DNA of 64,000 nucleotides from a virus (Duplodnaviria; Caudoviricetes): IMG/VR virus record IMGVR_UViG_641736147_000004, positions 1 to 64,000 of that record; one strand, 5' to 3'. Shown piece by piece: positions 29,976 to 39,954 of this stretch (position 1 is its first letter; each line of letters starts with the position of its first letter). The notes under the pieces were generated by a model. It saw only the letters and a program-made list of their open reading frames with translations, ran no database searches and was not told where the DNA came from. The position numbers and the translations under genes were made by a program.

Positions 29976-31154
29976 TTAAGCACTTTGAATTTGGTAATTT
30001 GCTAAATTAATACTTGCGTTCAAATCTCTATCCATCTTTAAGCCACAATTACAGACATATAATCTGTCTTTAAGCTTTAAATCTGATTTAACTTGACCAC
30101 AACAACTACAAGTTTTTGATGATGGATACCATTTATCAGCTTCAACAAATTTAATTCCATACTTCTTACATTTGTATTGAATTTGTCTTTTAAATTCATA
30201 TAACTTTTGATTAGCTATAGCTTTAGATAAATGCTTATTCTTCATTATACCTTTTATATTCAATGTTTCCATCACAATTCGAGAAGGCTTGGTTTTCACT
30301 ATCTCATTGGAACATTGATGCAAATGATTTGTGCGAATATTTTCAAGTTTTTTATATAAATTACGAATTATTCTGTTTTGTTTTTGGATATTTTTCATAT
30401 CTCTTAAAGGTCTTTTATAAATCGGTTTTCTATTCTTATCATAACTTTTAATATTAGCTTCGAGTTTATGACTTATCTTTCGCTGTTCACGTTTCAATTT
30501 CTTTTCAAGGAATCTAACTCTTTTAGTTTTATTTATATTTTTCTTAAATTGACCGTCTGAACACACAGCTAATTCTTTTATACCAACGTCAATTCCTAAA
30601 CTAACATCAGTTAATTTGACAGCTTTAAATTCATTGTTATATCCTATAGATATAAACCAATTCATACCATCAAATGATATTCGTGGATTTGAATATTTTT
30701 CACCTTTCTTTAACTTTGGTAATGCTTGATATGTTTTTACTACACCGATTTTTTCACCTCTAAAGCCATTATTTGTTCGCTTTAGACTTTCATAATTCAC
30801 ATAAAAACTAACTTTACTTTTTCGCTTACTTTTGAATTTCGGCTTGTTTGCAACACCATCAAACCATCTTTTTCTAGCTATGTCAGCATCTTTTACTGCT
30901 TGTTTCATTACATTGCTTCCAACTTCTTCAAGCCATGTATGAGTAGTCTTTTTTAATACATTATTAATATATTTTCTGACTTCGCTTTCTTTTATGGTTT
31001 TCTTGTCTTGTTTACCTTCAAGATACTCTTGGTAGTGTCTTTCACTTTCTGATAAAAAATAGTTATAAGACCACCTTGCAACTCCTGCTGACTTCCAAAA
31101 TAAAACCTCTTGTTCTTTAGTTGGCTTTAATTTTATTTTAATTGCTACTATCAT
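29976..31154 (-). CDS. tnpB: TnpB RNA-guided nuclease
   Basis: N-terminal KIKLKPTKEQ; RuvC D-E-D (GIDVG, VMETL, DRDLNAS); CSCC..CNCG zinc finger. Confidence 0.93.
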   Translation of the reverse strand: MIVAIKIKLKPTKEQEVLFWKSAGVARWSYNYFLSESERHYQEYLEGKQDKKTIKESEVRKYINNVLKKTTHTWLEEVGSNVMKQAVKDADIARKRWFDGVANKPKFKSKRKSKVSFYVNYESLKRTNNGFRGEKIGVVKTYQALPKLKKGEKYSNPRISFDGMNWFISIGYNNEFKAVKLTDVSLGIDVGIKELAVCSDGQFKKNINKTKRVRFLEKKLKREQRKISHKLEANIKSYDKNRKPIYKRPLRDMKNIQKQNRIIRNLYKKLENIRTNHLHQCSNEIVKTKPSRIVMETLNIKGIMKNKHLSKAIANQKLYEFKRQIQYKCKKYGIKFVEADKWYPSSKTCSCCGQVKSDLKLKDRLYVCNCGLKMDRDLNASINLANYQIQSA

Positions 31155-31712
31155 TGTTTTTCACTTCCTCAATTAGACGCTTAGTTTTTTTAGACCTTTG
31201 ACCATATAATCTATTTGCAAAAACTGTAATGATTTGAATTAAATCATCTGTTAGTTCTTCCTCTTTAGACTTTTCTGAATGATCTATAATTTCAAGTTCA
31301 ACGTTGTTTATTTGACATAAATATTCAATTAATTCAAAGCCAAATCGAATTAATCTATCTTTGTATAAGATAACCACCTTACTTACTTCTTGGTTATTTA
31401 TCTTATCTATCAATTCTTTTAAGCCCTTTTTCTTATAATTAATTCCTGAGCCAATGTCTTTGATTATTTCAAACTGATAGCCTTTGGCAATCATATAAGA
31501 TTTTACATTGTTTACTTGATTCTCTAAGTCGTCCTTTTGACTTGGTGTACTAACACGACAGTACCCCACAACTAACTTATGTGCATTTCGTTCTTTTCCA
31601 AAATATTTCAACTGATCCGTTGAATAATACCTAGTTCCTCCAGAAGAAACATGAGCTAGAAGAAACTCTCCCTTAGCCTCCATTCTTCTCAGAGTAACAA
31701 CATTAACGCCTA
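31138..31712 (-). pseudogene. tnpA: IS607 TnpA serine recombinase whose first 13 codons are displaced by inversion
   Basis: GVNVVTLRRME..GGTRYY MerR-like HTH; YCRVST; DIGSG; YKDRLIRFG; the N-terminus MELMSIGKFAKRV is on the + strand at 32127-32165. Confidence 0.88.
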
Positions 31713-32163
31713 ACGGTGCGAAAGCTGAAAAAATAGTAAGGATGGCATAAGCTGAAATAAAATCCAATTAGGTTCTATAAAAGGGTGGTCGTGACATATA
31801 GAAAACGTTGGGTGCTAAATGCTGTAATAATGGATGTTTAGCAGGGAAATTCCTAAGTCTTTTAAGATATGGAAGACCTTCAACGACTATCTCCTTGAGG
31901 GAGAGTAAAGCCACAAGCCAATGGTGGAAGAAAAATACCGCATCTCTTTTGAGATGAAGATATAGTCTACGCTCATATGAAAGTATGAGAGGTCTACTCG
32001 TGAGAGAAAGACTGCTATAGGTGTTGCGACCTATAGTGAATAAGAAAAATATATACAAATATAAAAAATATTTACATATCTCTCTAAAAAGTGTAATATA
32101 TTATTATACTAAAGGGAGGTGAGTACATGGAATTAATGTCCATTGGTAAATTTGCTAAACGTG
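31713..32163 (+). other. 451-bp inverted segment carrying the group I intron core, tnpA promoter/RBS and first codons
   Basis: Flanked by TA at 31711-12 and 32164-65; flipping restores AAA CGT GTA GGC GTT (KRVGV) and a colinear intron. Confidence 0.85.
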
Positions 32164-32335
32164 TACGCTTGTCGTTTCCAACTTCGCTTTGGTTGTAAGG
32201 CTTAGGCTTTAGGAGTTAAAAGCAATTAACACCGAGTATGCACCATTCACATGATACACAGGGCTCCTGTTATAAATCTATTTTTCTATACATATTTGTA
32301 TAGTCTTGTTTAGATTTGTTATAACAGTTTAATTA

Positions 32336-32626
32336 CCCAATATTCCAAACTATTAATATTGTTGAAGCAACTAGCGCTATTAATATAACTGATAAAATTA
32401 TACTTAAAGTTATTTTTAGTCTTGAATTTGTTTTTTGTTCATTTGGAAACGAACTTGCTATAAAATTTAATAACATGTCTACACCATTGGATTTTACTCT
32501 GTCTCCTTGTCCAATTACATTTAAGCTTCTACGATTGCTATTGTTAATGTTTAGTTGGTCAAATAGATTATCATTTTCTTCGATTTCCTTAATATCTATG
32601 GTTTCCAAATCTTTTATTCTAGTCAT
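32336..32626 (-). CDS. 5' part (97 aa) of a two-TM membrane protein interrupted by the IStron (160 aa restored)
   Basis: ATGA overlap with the peptidase gene; TM ITLSIILSVILIALVASTILIVW; ends at the TGGG target. Confidence 0.8.
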
Positions 32627-33144
32627 GATTTAATTAACTCCAAGTTTTTTAATCTAGTATACATTGCAGGTTTTGAAACGTTAAAAATATTAGCTAATAT
32701 AGATATTTTTGTATCTTCAGTCATTCCTATAGAAGTTGCCTTTTTATATCTATTTCTAATTTCCTTTTCATCCATCAAAATGCATCCAGCAAACTCATCT
32801 GCTTCCTTTTCTTCTTTTGCTAAATTATGATTATCATCTCTAAATAATAAATCTACCATCTTAGGATTTTTGTTTAAATGCTCTAGAAAATAATGTCCCA
32901 ATTCATGTGCTATAGTAAATTTCTTTCTTTCATTAGTATCTTGAGCATTTACATATATATCTATATCACCATCATGATGACTTATAGCTCCAGAAACTTT
33001 TTCTCCATTTGCATTTAAATTATCCACTTCGTATACATTTATACTTAATTCATTTGCTATGTCTATAGGATTTACAGAAGGACCTATTATAGCATACCTT
33101 TCTTTAATTTCATTAACTATCTTGTGTACTTTAATCTTATCCAT
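32623..33144 (-). CDS. ImmA/IrrE-family Zn metallopeptidase
   Basis: RKKFTIAHELGHYF HExxH; EKEADEFAGCILM. Confidence 0.9.
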   Translation of the reverse strand: MDKIKVHKIVNEIKERYAIIGPSVNPIDIANELSINVYEVDNLNANGEKVSGAISHHDGDIDIYVNAQDTNERKKFTIAHELGHYFLEHLNKNPKMVDLLFRDDNHNLAKEEKEADEFAGCILMDEKEIRNRYKKATSIGMTEDTKISILANIFNVSKPAMYTRLKNLELIKS

Positions 33145-33409
33145 ATTAATTTCTCCTTCATTAATAGCTTGTTTAAAAGATAAATTTCCCCAAATATACA
33201 GCCTTCTAAAAGAAGTTACTTGTATAATAATATGGTGTTTTTTATAATTAAGGAAAAATAACTACACGCCAAAACTTATTTTTCATATATCTATTACCTT
33301 CTACTAGTTATCTTATTTTCCTTCTTTTTTTTCAAAATTTGTGGATAACTTTTTATAAATTAACAATTTTTTCTTTAATCTGATGATTATAAAATTACTT
33401 TTACAAATA

Positions 33410-34150
33410 CTACATCATAGACCAATTATTTATAAATCTAAATCCATCGTTATAATTTAAAGGATTTAAGTCCTTATATGAACTAACCTCAAATTCTTTA
33501 CAAAAGTTTAGCCATAAATTTTTAAAATACATTCTTGATTCTTTTTTGTACTTTGATGAATGAGCACCGCCTAGCATTGTTCCAATTCTATCTTTTGCAC
33601 AATGTAATAATTTTTGTGCTTGTCTACTATTAATAGTCGAACTATCTATTAAAGTATTTAATTGAGTTTTGGTATCTATTAATTCTTTAGTATTTTGTTG
33701 AATTTGTCCTTTTAATTCTACTATTTCCCCTGTTAATCCCATCTCATTAAAGAATTCTTGTTTTTGTTTTTCTGTACCCATAAAAGCTTCATGCAAAACC
33801 TTAGCACATTTCAGTTGATAGTTTATTAATTTTTTTACTGTTTGTGGATTTTCTTTTTGCATTTTAGGAGTTAAAGTAATTTTTGCTAACCATAGAGTTA
33901 CAAAGTCCTCATTAACAAATAAAACGGTTTGTTCTCCTCCGTTAGTAAGGTGTCGCAAATATGTGATACCTTGTTTTAATACTAGATCTTTTTTTAAGTT
34001 TTCAACTTGTCTTCTACCTTGCCCTTCTGTTAATCCAATAGATTGTATAGTCTTTTTAACTCCTAAAAATATCTTGCCATCTTCGGTTCTAACCCCTAAA
34101 AGTTTGTCTCCTTCAAAGTCGATTAATTTTGTTTCTAAATTTTTATTCAT
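33410..34150 (-). CDS. Phage antirepressor (P22-AR N-terminal + ORF6C-like C-terminal)
   Basis: IDFEGDKL..VTLWLAKI..KLINYQLKCAKVLHEAF; FEVSSYKDL. Confidence 0.8.
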   Translation of the reverse strand: MNKNLETKLIDFEGDKLLGVRTEDGKIFLGVKKTIQSIGLTEGQGRRQVENLKKDLVLKQGITYLRHLTNGGEQTVLFVNEDFVTLWLAKITLTPKMQKENPQTVKKLINYQLKCAKVLHEAFMGTEKQKQEFFNEMGLTGEIVELKGQIQQNTKELIDTKTQLNTLIDSSTINSRQAQKLLHCAKDRIGTMLGGAHSSKYKKESRMYFKNLWLNFCKEFEVSSYKDLNPLNYNDGFRFINNWSMM

Positions 34151-34199
34151 ATGTACCCTCCTAAAATTTTTGTATTAATTTATATATTTTAATTATTTA

Positions 34200-34502
34200 T
34201 TAAATCAATTCCCATTGACCAATTTCTAAATAATCTTCAATATCCCAACCTTCATACCAAACTAGATACTTTTTAAACTTAACTATTCCCTCTTTAACTC
34301 TTAATGTATCTGTATTAAAAGTATCATCAAATACTTCACTATTATTAAGATCATAGACACTTGCTACTTCATATCCTAAAATCTCATCTTTATATTTTTC
34401 TATTATTTCTAAGCTATCTGTATATGTAATAATATTATGTAATTTACCTTTCTTATCTTTGTATTTACCTTCAATTATTAGATAAATTGTTTTGGTTTCC
34501 AT
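34200..34502 (-). CDS. Hypothetical protein, near-identical paralog of 60768-61070
   Basis: Direct sequence comparison. Confidence 0.75.
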   Translation of the reverse strand: METKTIYLIIEGKYKDKKGKLHNIITYTDSLEIIEKYKDEILGYEVASVYDLNNSEVFDDTFNTDTLRVKEGIVKFKKYLVWYEGWDIEDYLEIGQWELI

Positions 34503-34564
34503 AATTAAAACCTCCTATTTATTTTTTGGATTTGTTGGTTTCATTTACCTTATGAATATAATTA

Positions 34565-34664
34565 TATACGTTTTTCGTATAAAGTCAATACTATTTTTAT
34601 ATATTTTATACTATTTTCGTATAAGTTTATACATAAGTTGAATACTATATACTAACGTAGTATA
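34565..34664. promoter_or_regulatory. Three 17-bp operators (TATAC-N7-GTATA) across divergent promoters
   Basis: 34565-34581, 34607-34623, 34648-34664; TTGAAT-17-TATAAT for the xre gene. Confidence 0.65.
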
Positions 34665-34702
34665 ATTATAGATATAGTATTTATAAGGAGGGTTAACTAT
34701 AT

Positions 34703-34912
34703 ATGATTAAAATGAAACTTCATATAAAATTAGCTGAAAATAGACTTACTCAATCTGAGCTATCTAAAATTACAGGCATAAGACAGCCTACAATTTCTGC
34801 ATATTGTAATGATTCTTTTGTTTCTATTAAAAAAGACCATCTTAACATTCTATGCAAATTCTTTAATTGTAAAATAAATGACTTAATAGAATATGAAGAC
34901 GATCTTAAATAA
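34703..34912 (+). CDS. XRE/Cro-family HTH repressor
   Basis: LTQSELSKITGIRQPTISAYCN..LCKFFNCKINDLIEY. Confidence 0.88.
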   Translation: MIKMKLHIKLAENRLTQSELSKITGIRQPTISAYCNDSFVSIKKDHLNILCKFFNCKINDLIEYEDDLK

Positions 34913-35006
34913 ATCCTTTAGTCTACTGCCTATTTTTACGCATAACAAAAAGAACTACCTTACTATGAAATAGTTCTTTATATATATTCATATTTAATTA
35001 TTAATC

Positions 35007-35261
35007 TGACACTCCCAAGACTTTAGTCTTGGGGTTCTTAGATACATTAACTTCTTTTATACTCTCATTTATTTAAACTACAAATAAATTACAACATATA
35101 AATACTAGTTAGTTTCTCTAAGACTTTCACTAACTATCACTCTAATAAATGATTAACATTAGTATAAGGCTCATGTCTAAACCTATATAGATTTTATATC
35201 CCCATACTAGATATTAATGATATTGCTTTGTATACGTCAACACCTAAAGGAGTTGGCTTTC
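35007..35261. mobile_element. Probable non-autonomous IS200/IS605-type remnant (PATE-like)
   Basis: End hairpin TGACACTCCCAAGAC-TTTA-GTCTTGGGGTTCT and GTCAACACCTAAAGGAGTTGGCTT; no ORF between. Confidence 0.5.
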
Positions 35262-35849
35262 TTTTGCGATTGGTTGTAAATAATTATCTTTTAATATATT
35301 AACTAAATCATTGTCTATTATGTCAAATATTAATGATAATAATTCTTCATTTTTAGATATTCCTTTTATCATTTTTACTTTTTCTTTAATATTAATATCA
35401 ATATACTCTAATATATTGCTGATTTCTTGTTTCATTTCTTTATTATGTTCATCGTTAAAATATTTTTGTAATTCATAAGTCAAAGCAATTTTATAATCCA
35501 GTTTTTTTTCGTCTTGTTCATCAATATGAGCGTTTATTTTCTTTGAATTTATCTCTATGGCATCTATTTTATTTCCATCAACTGAAATAATCATATCTAA
35601 ATTTACATATGAATCATGCTTTAAAAATGAAGAATACTTGCTCACTTCTAATTTTAAGTAATTTTCAGGTATTTTGTTTGAATTCTTTAAATTTTCTAAT
35701 GATGTTATAGGTGCTATTAATAAAGTTCTATATGGAGTTTCTCTTGAGTGAAGTACAACCGCCATATGTTCTCCAAACAATACCTTGGTTTTATTTTTAG
35801 TTTTTGTGGGAAAGCTATAGTAAACTATTTGTCCTTTTTTAAATCTCAT
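35244..35849 (-). CDS. PemK/MazF-like toxin (cassette 2)
   Basis: KKGQIVYYSFP..HMAVVLH..LLIAPITS..SYVNLDMIISVD. Confidence 0.75.
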   Translation of the reverse strand: MRFKKGQIVYYSFPTKTKNKTKVLFGEHMAVVLHSRETPYRTLLIAPITSLENLKNSNKIPENYLKLEVSKYSSFLKHDSYVNLDMIISVDGNKIDAIEINSKKINAHIDEQDEKKLDYKIALTYELQKYFNDEHNKEMKQEISNILEYIDINIKEKVKMIKGISKNEELLSLIFDIIDNDLVNILKDNYLQPIAKESQLL

Positions 35850-35874
35850 TATATGTGTCCTTTCTATAAAAGTT

Positions 35875-36180
35875 TTATTTTTGATTTTTACATCTTTTAA
35901 GATATTCTTTCAATGTTGCATTATTGATTTGTTCTACTACATTTTCAAAAAACATTCTTCCTTCTTCATATTCCTCATTAGTAAGCATAGGTTCTTTTAT
36001 TTTTGCTTGAAGAAATGAATCTGAACGTTTATTCTTCTCTCTTATCATCATTAATGCATTCATATGTAACCCTCCTAATGAACATTTGTCATTGGAATCA
36101 CCATTATAGGTATATTTCAATTTATTTTTTATTCTATAAACTTTCCCTTTAGTATAACCTGTCCAACGCTGTATCTTCAT
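35875..36180 (-). CDS. Putative antitoxin with MKIQRWTG extension (cassette 2; internal start 36063)
   Basis: AGGGGTG RBS at the leader ATG; AGGAGG RBS at the internal ATG. Confidence 0.65.
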   Translation of the reverse strand: MKIQRWTGYTKGKVYRIKNKLKYTYNGDSNDKCSLGGLHMNALMMIREKNKRSDSFLQAKIKEPMLTNEEYEEGRMFFENVVEQINNATLKEYLKRCKNQK

Positions 36181-36432
36181 ATTAACACCCCTTGCCCAAC
36201 TTTTCAATAATATTTTGGTAAAATATATGATATTGTGTTATATTTTCCTATTTAAATACAACTTACTAAGATTCTAGATCACATTTGTATATTATTTACT
36301 TATTCATATTTTACCATAAATTGGATATTGGTCACAATGTTATTTTTACGTATAATAAAAATAACTACTTAATTAAAAGTAGTTATTTCCTTTGTATATT
36401 ATTAATAAGATTAATTACAATATTATAGTAGT

Positions 36433-36705
36433 TTAATTTTTATTATCGATTTTATCAATTATTAGTGCGACTGAGCCTATAATAACAAATATAAGTGCAA
36501 GTATAAAATAACAATTCGCATAATTAGAATTTATAATATAATTATACGCATCTCCTCCAACATAAGCATTCACTGAATCTCTTGAATAGCTACTCGTATT
36601 ATTGTTATAACAAAACATCTTATAAAAACCAGTTCCTAAAAAAAGTATACATATAAAATATGATATATATGATATTATTTTCTCTTTACTTTGTTTATTG
36701 TCCAT
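36433..36705 (-). CDS. Small two-TM membrane protein
   Basis: Two hydrophobic segments flanking NAYVGGDAYNYII. Confidence 0.7.
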   Translation of the reverse strand: MDNKQSKEKIISYISYFICILFLGTGFYKMFCYNNNTSSYSRDSVNAYVGGDAYNYIINSNYANCYFILALIFVIIGSVALIIDKIDNKN

Positions 36706-36708
36706 AAC

Positions 36709-37353
36709 CTAATTTCCACCACCTTCTCTAAAAACACTTATTATCTTCTCATCTAAATCTTTTAATATTGTTGATGGATAATTACATTTCTTTTCATCTG
36801 TAACATTAGATATTTCATCAATTTGTTTTTGCATGCTTTCCAATATCTCTTTGAATTCATTACTGTATTTATCCTTTATATCCACTTCCGTTTCAATGTC
36901 ACATCCGCTTTTTATCATATTAGCTTGATGTAAAAGAACATCCCTATTAAATTTACTAATTTTATAGCTATATTGAATTGTTTTCACTTCTAAATTCATT
37001 AATGAATCAATTAACTTCTTTTCTTCGTCATTTAAATCCTTATACTTTTTATTAATATCTGTATAAAAATTAGAAATTTTATTATTATCATAATCACTCA
37101 TAATATTTGATAGTTCAAGTGTAGTATTATAATTACAAGTTTTTAATTCAGGATTTAATGTACTTATGTATTTGCATAAATAATTATAGTTTTCTGCACT
37201 TTGTTCGTATACTTCTTTTCTTATATTTCCTTTACCACACCCTATAAGTATACAAACCAATATCATAAAAACTATAGTAAGCAATATATTTTTTTTCTTC
37301 AAAATTTTATCACCTTTCTGTAATGTAACTCCATATATTGCAATTAATCTCAT
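36709..37353 (-). CDS. Putative lipoprotein (likely start ~37300)
   Basis: KKKN-hydrophobic-LIGC lipobox. Confidence 0.65.
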   Translation of the reverse strand: MRLIAIYGVTLQKGDKILKKKNILLTIVFMILVCILIGCGKGNIRKEVYEQSAENYNYLCKYISTLNPELKTCNYNTTLELSNIMSDYDNNKISNFYTDINKKYKDLNDEEKKLIDSLMNLEVKTIQYSYKISKFNRDVLLHQANMIKSGCDIETEVDIKDKYSNEFKEILESMQKQIDEISNVTDEKKCNYPSTILKDLDEKIISVFREGGGN

Positions 37354-37574
37354 AAATTATTATACACTTTTGTATATATTTTTTCAATATTTGTCTGTAT
37401 TTTACAACTTCAATCATATATCAATTATTTTATAACAAATAAAAATTTTAATATAATTAATATTAGAAATCCATTAAAATATTTTTATAAAATTTTAATT
37501 GCTTTTTTATTATAATTTGTTCTTGATTACGTGTAATCACTAATCATATTTTTATACATAATAAAAATAACTAC

Positions 37575-38048
37575 TTAATCAAAAGTAGTTATATCAACAT
37601 TATTTACTTTTATTTCATTTTTAATTTCTTCTAATATTTCTAGACATGTTTTATATAAGAAAAGCTTATGAGGCTCTCTTTTAAATGCTTTAAGATATGG
37701 AAGTAATATCCCAACAGAACATGCATTACAAAATATAACTGTTCCCCAAAAGCTTTTAAAATTTGCTACAGCATTTATAATACCGGATGCTAAAATAGAT
37801 ATACTAATCATAGCTATACTCATAACTTCATTTCTTATCGTACTTTCCATATTAGATATTAATAAATTTAATCTTAGTTTTTCTACATTAATATTTATTT
37901 TTTTATCTTTTATCTTTTCTATATAATCATTTTTTATTTTATCTCTTAATCCTTCATAATATTGATATTGTTTATTATTATTTATATGTTCACTAAATTC
38001 TTTATAATATATATCAAGATCATATTTTGCTGTTTTGTGATTTTTCAT
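37575..38048 (-). CDS. Two-TM membrane protein (moron)
   Basis: Two hydrophobic helices; GGAGGG RBS; stop lies inside a repeated terminator. Confidence 0.65.
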   Translation of the reverse strand: MKNHKTAKYDLDIYYKEFSEHINNNKQYQYYEGLRDKIKNDYIEKIKDKKININVEKLRLNLLISNMESTIRNEVMSIAMISISILASGIINAVANFKSFWGTVIFCNACSVGILLPYLKAFKREPHKLFLYKTCLEILEEIKNEIKVNNVDITTFD

Positions 38049-38156
38049 ATGAATCCCTCCTACCTTTTTATCGATAAGAGATTTTCATTCTTTAACCATC
38101 TATAACACAACATATTTATAAAAAAAATAAGCTAAAACAATATTAGCCTATCTCTT

Positions 38157-38555
38157 TTATAAATTGTCAATTATTATCTTAAACTCTACATCTAATTTTT
38201 CTATAAACTCCATAAGCAAATTAAATGCTTCTGGCTTAATTTGACCAATTACCATATAGTCAAGTTTATCTTTATTAAAATAATATAATTGTTCTGCTTT
38301 TATATACCCATCCTTACCATTGTCAGGATGGGTAACTGTGTCATTGTGTGTTATAGGAAAGTTTCCTGCGTATTGTAATTTCTTTTCTTGTTGCTTTTTA
38401 TTTTTAAAAGATGACATTACATTACAAATAATATTATAATCTAAACCCTGTATTTTACCCGATTCATCACTTAAAACAACAAAAGAATGTTGATCTAACT
38501 TTTTTTCGTTATCCACATAATTTTTTATTAATATAATATCCCCAACTTTACACAT
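38157..38555 (-). CDS. PemK/MazF-like toxin (cassette 3)
   Basis: KVGDIILI..HSFVVLSD..CNVMSS..GYIKAEQLYYF. Confidence 0.6.
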   Translation of the reverse strand: MCKVGDIILIKNYVDNEKKLDQHSFVVLSDESGKIQGLDYNIICNVMSSFKNKKQQEKKLQYAGNFPITHNDTVTHPDNGKDGYIKAEQLYYFNKDKLDYMVIGQIKPEAFNLLMEFIEKLDVEFKIIIDNL

Positions 38556-38573
38556 TTGTTATCCTCACATCTT

Positions 38574-38810
38574 TTATTTATCGTTATAATCTAACAAAAC
38601 CTTTTTCTTTCCTGATAAAACTTCTTCACTCCAATTAATGGGTGCAACATCTTTTAAAGAATCTTGTGTAGAAACTATAGTAGTTTTTTTATTTTGTAAA
38701 ATATTTAAATTAAATGATTTCAATTTATTCATATTAACACCCCCATTACTTTTCAACTTGTTCCGATTTATTTTTATATATTTGCAACTTGTCCAACGTT
38801 GTATTTTCAT
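38574..38810 (-). CDS. Putative antitoxin with MKIQRWTS extension (cassette 3; internal start 38732)
   Basis: Two in-frame RBS/ATG pairs. Confidence 0.65.
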   Translation of the reverse strand: MKIQRWTSCKYIKINRNKLKSNGGVNMNKLKSFNLNILQNKKTTIVSTQDSLKDVAPINWSEEVLSGKKKVLLDYNDK

Positions 38811-39036
38811 ATTACCACTCCTTGTCCCGTTTTTCAATAATATTTTGGTAAAATATATGATATTGTGTTATATTTTCCTATTTAAATACAACTTACTAAG
38901 ATTCTAGATCGCATTTGTAAATTATTTGCATATTTATATATTACCATAAATTGGTTATTAGTCATAATATTATTTTTCCGCATAACAAAAATAACTACTT
39001 AATCAAAAGTAGTTATTTATTATTAAGTTATTTAAT

Positions 39037-39954
39037 TTACATAAGTCTTTGAATTATAGGTATACTTTTATCAGCTAATTTAGGTCTTCTAGCGTCAGGA
39101 TATAGTTCTTCTAAGCGTTTATGAATTTCTTCGTAACTTTTTCCATCTTCCATCATGTAGGCAACCCTTCCCTCAATCTTTCTGATATCATCTATATCTT
39201 CAATACATAAATGATTTCTTACAGTATCATAACTTTTTAGATCTAAGCCTAAACTACGAGCTATTTCTTTAGCTGTTTTCCCAAATAATATTTTGTAAAT
39301 ATAATTAGTTTCTAGTGCATACGCATTTGTATAACCATGCGAAGGATCATGTTTTATATCTCCTCTATCAATAAAGTATTTAATAGTATCCGTTGTACGT
39401 TTTCTCTCTTTTTTACCTAATAACCTTAACATGTATTGTTCTGTGTCTTCGCTACTTAATATCAAATTTTTTATTCTAAAATAGTCTCTTATTACTTTTT
39501 TATATATTATTTTAGAACGAGTATCATTCATTAAATTAATTAATAAAGAATAACCTTGCTCAGATATTACATATAAATTTTTAGCTCTATTTACAGAATT
39601 CTGAGTATAAATTTTATCTTTAATCAAATTTTTTATTGCTTTTTTGTGGTCGTTTGAAACGTCCACGGATTTTAAATCTATAATATCTATACCAAATTCA
39701 AAATAAGTATCTCCACTAGGAAGGACTATATTATTATTTATCAATTCATTTATTCGTTTAGCTTTAGCTCTAACTTCCTCTTTGTTTTCAGGATTATCTA
39801 CATGTAGCTTTGCTATTTGAGGAACTGTAAGTATTTTTTGACCTTGTCCAAATCCTCCATATAATTCTTTAATTTTGATTCCTATTTCAGGAATAGTAAC
39901 CTCATTACCTGTTGTAATATCCCATTTTAATTGCTGAAAACTTTCTTCACACAT
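39037..39954 (-). CDS. ORF6N-domain antirepressor-like protein
   Basis: GGFGQGQK..IAKLH..INELINNN..GIDIIDLK..LYVISEQGYSLL. Confidence 0.7.
   Translation of the reverse strand: MCEESFQQLKWDITTGNEVTIPEIGIKIKELYGGFGQGQKILTVPQIAKLHVDNPENKEEVRAKAKRINELINNNIVLPSGDTYFEFGIDIIDLKSVDVSNDHKKAIKNLIKDKIYTQNSVNRAKNLYVISEQGYSLLINLMNDTRSKIIYKKVIRDYFRIKNLILSSEDTEQYMLRLLGKKERKRTTDTIKYFIDRGDIKHDPSHGYTNAYALETNYIYKILFGKTAKEIARSLGLDLKSYDTVRNHLCIEDIDDIRKIEGRVAYMMEDGKSYEEIHKRLEELYPDARRPKLADKSIPIIQRLM

Larger units (their letters stand above)
29779..32335 (-). mobile_element. IS607-family IStron (group I intron + tnpA serine recombinase + tnpB) with an internal inversion
   Basis: Inserted after TGGG and ends in CGG; group I R/S elements CAACGACTA and AAGATATAGTC; IS607 tnpA and tnpB; removal restores the host ORF. 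Confidence 0.88.

Noticed and set aside
31716-32050. GTGCG suggesting a group II intron 5' end
   Set aside because: The segment has group I R/S elements, no domain V or RT was seen, and it is the inverted IStron core.
31713-32058. ORF 31768-32058 and the MDFISAY... N-terminus of ORF 31138-31767
   Set aside because: Both are antisense readings of the inverted intron; the real tnpA start is at 32127 on the + strand.
33248-33286. Short ORF MKNKFWRVVIFP upstream of the IrrE peptidase as a seventh tag
   Set aside because: Only loose similarity; it stops after 12 aa and lacks the head repeat.
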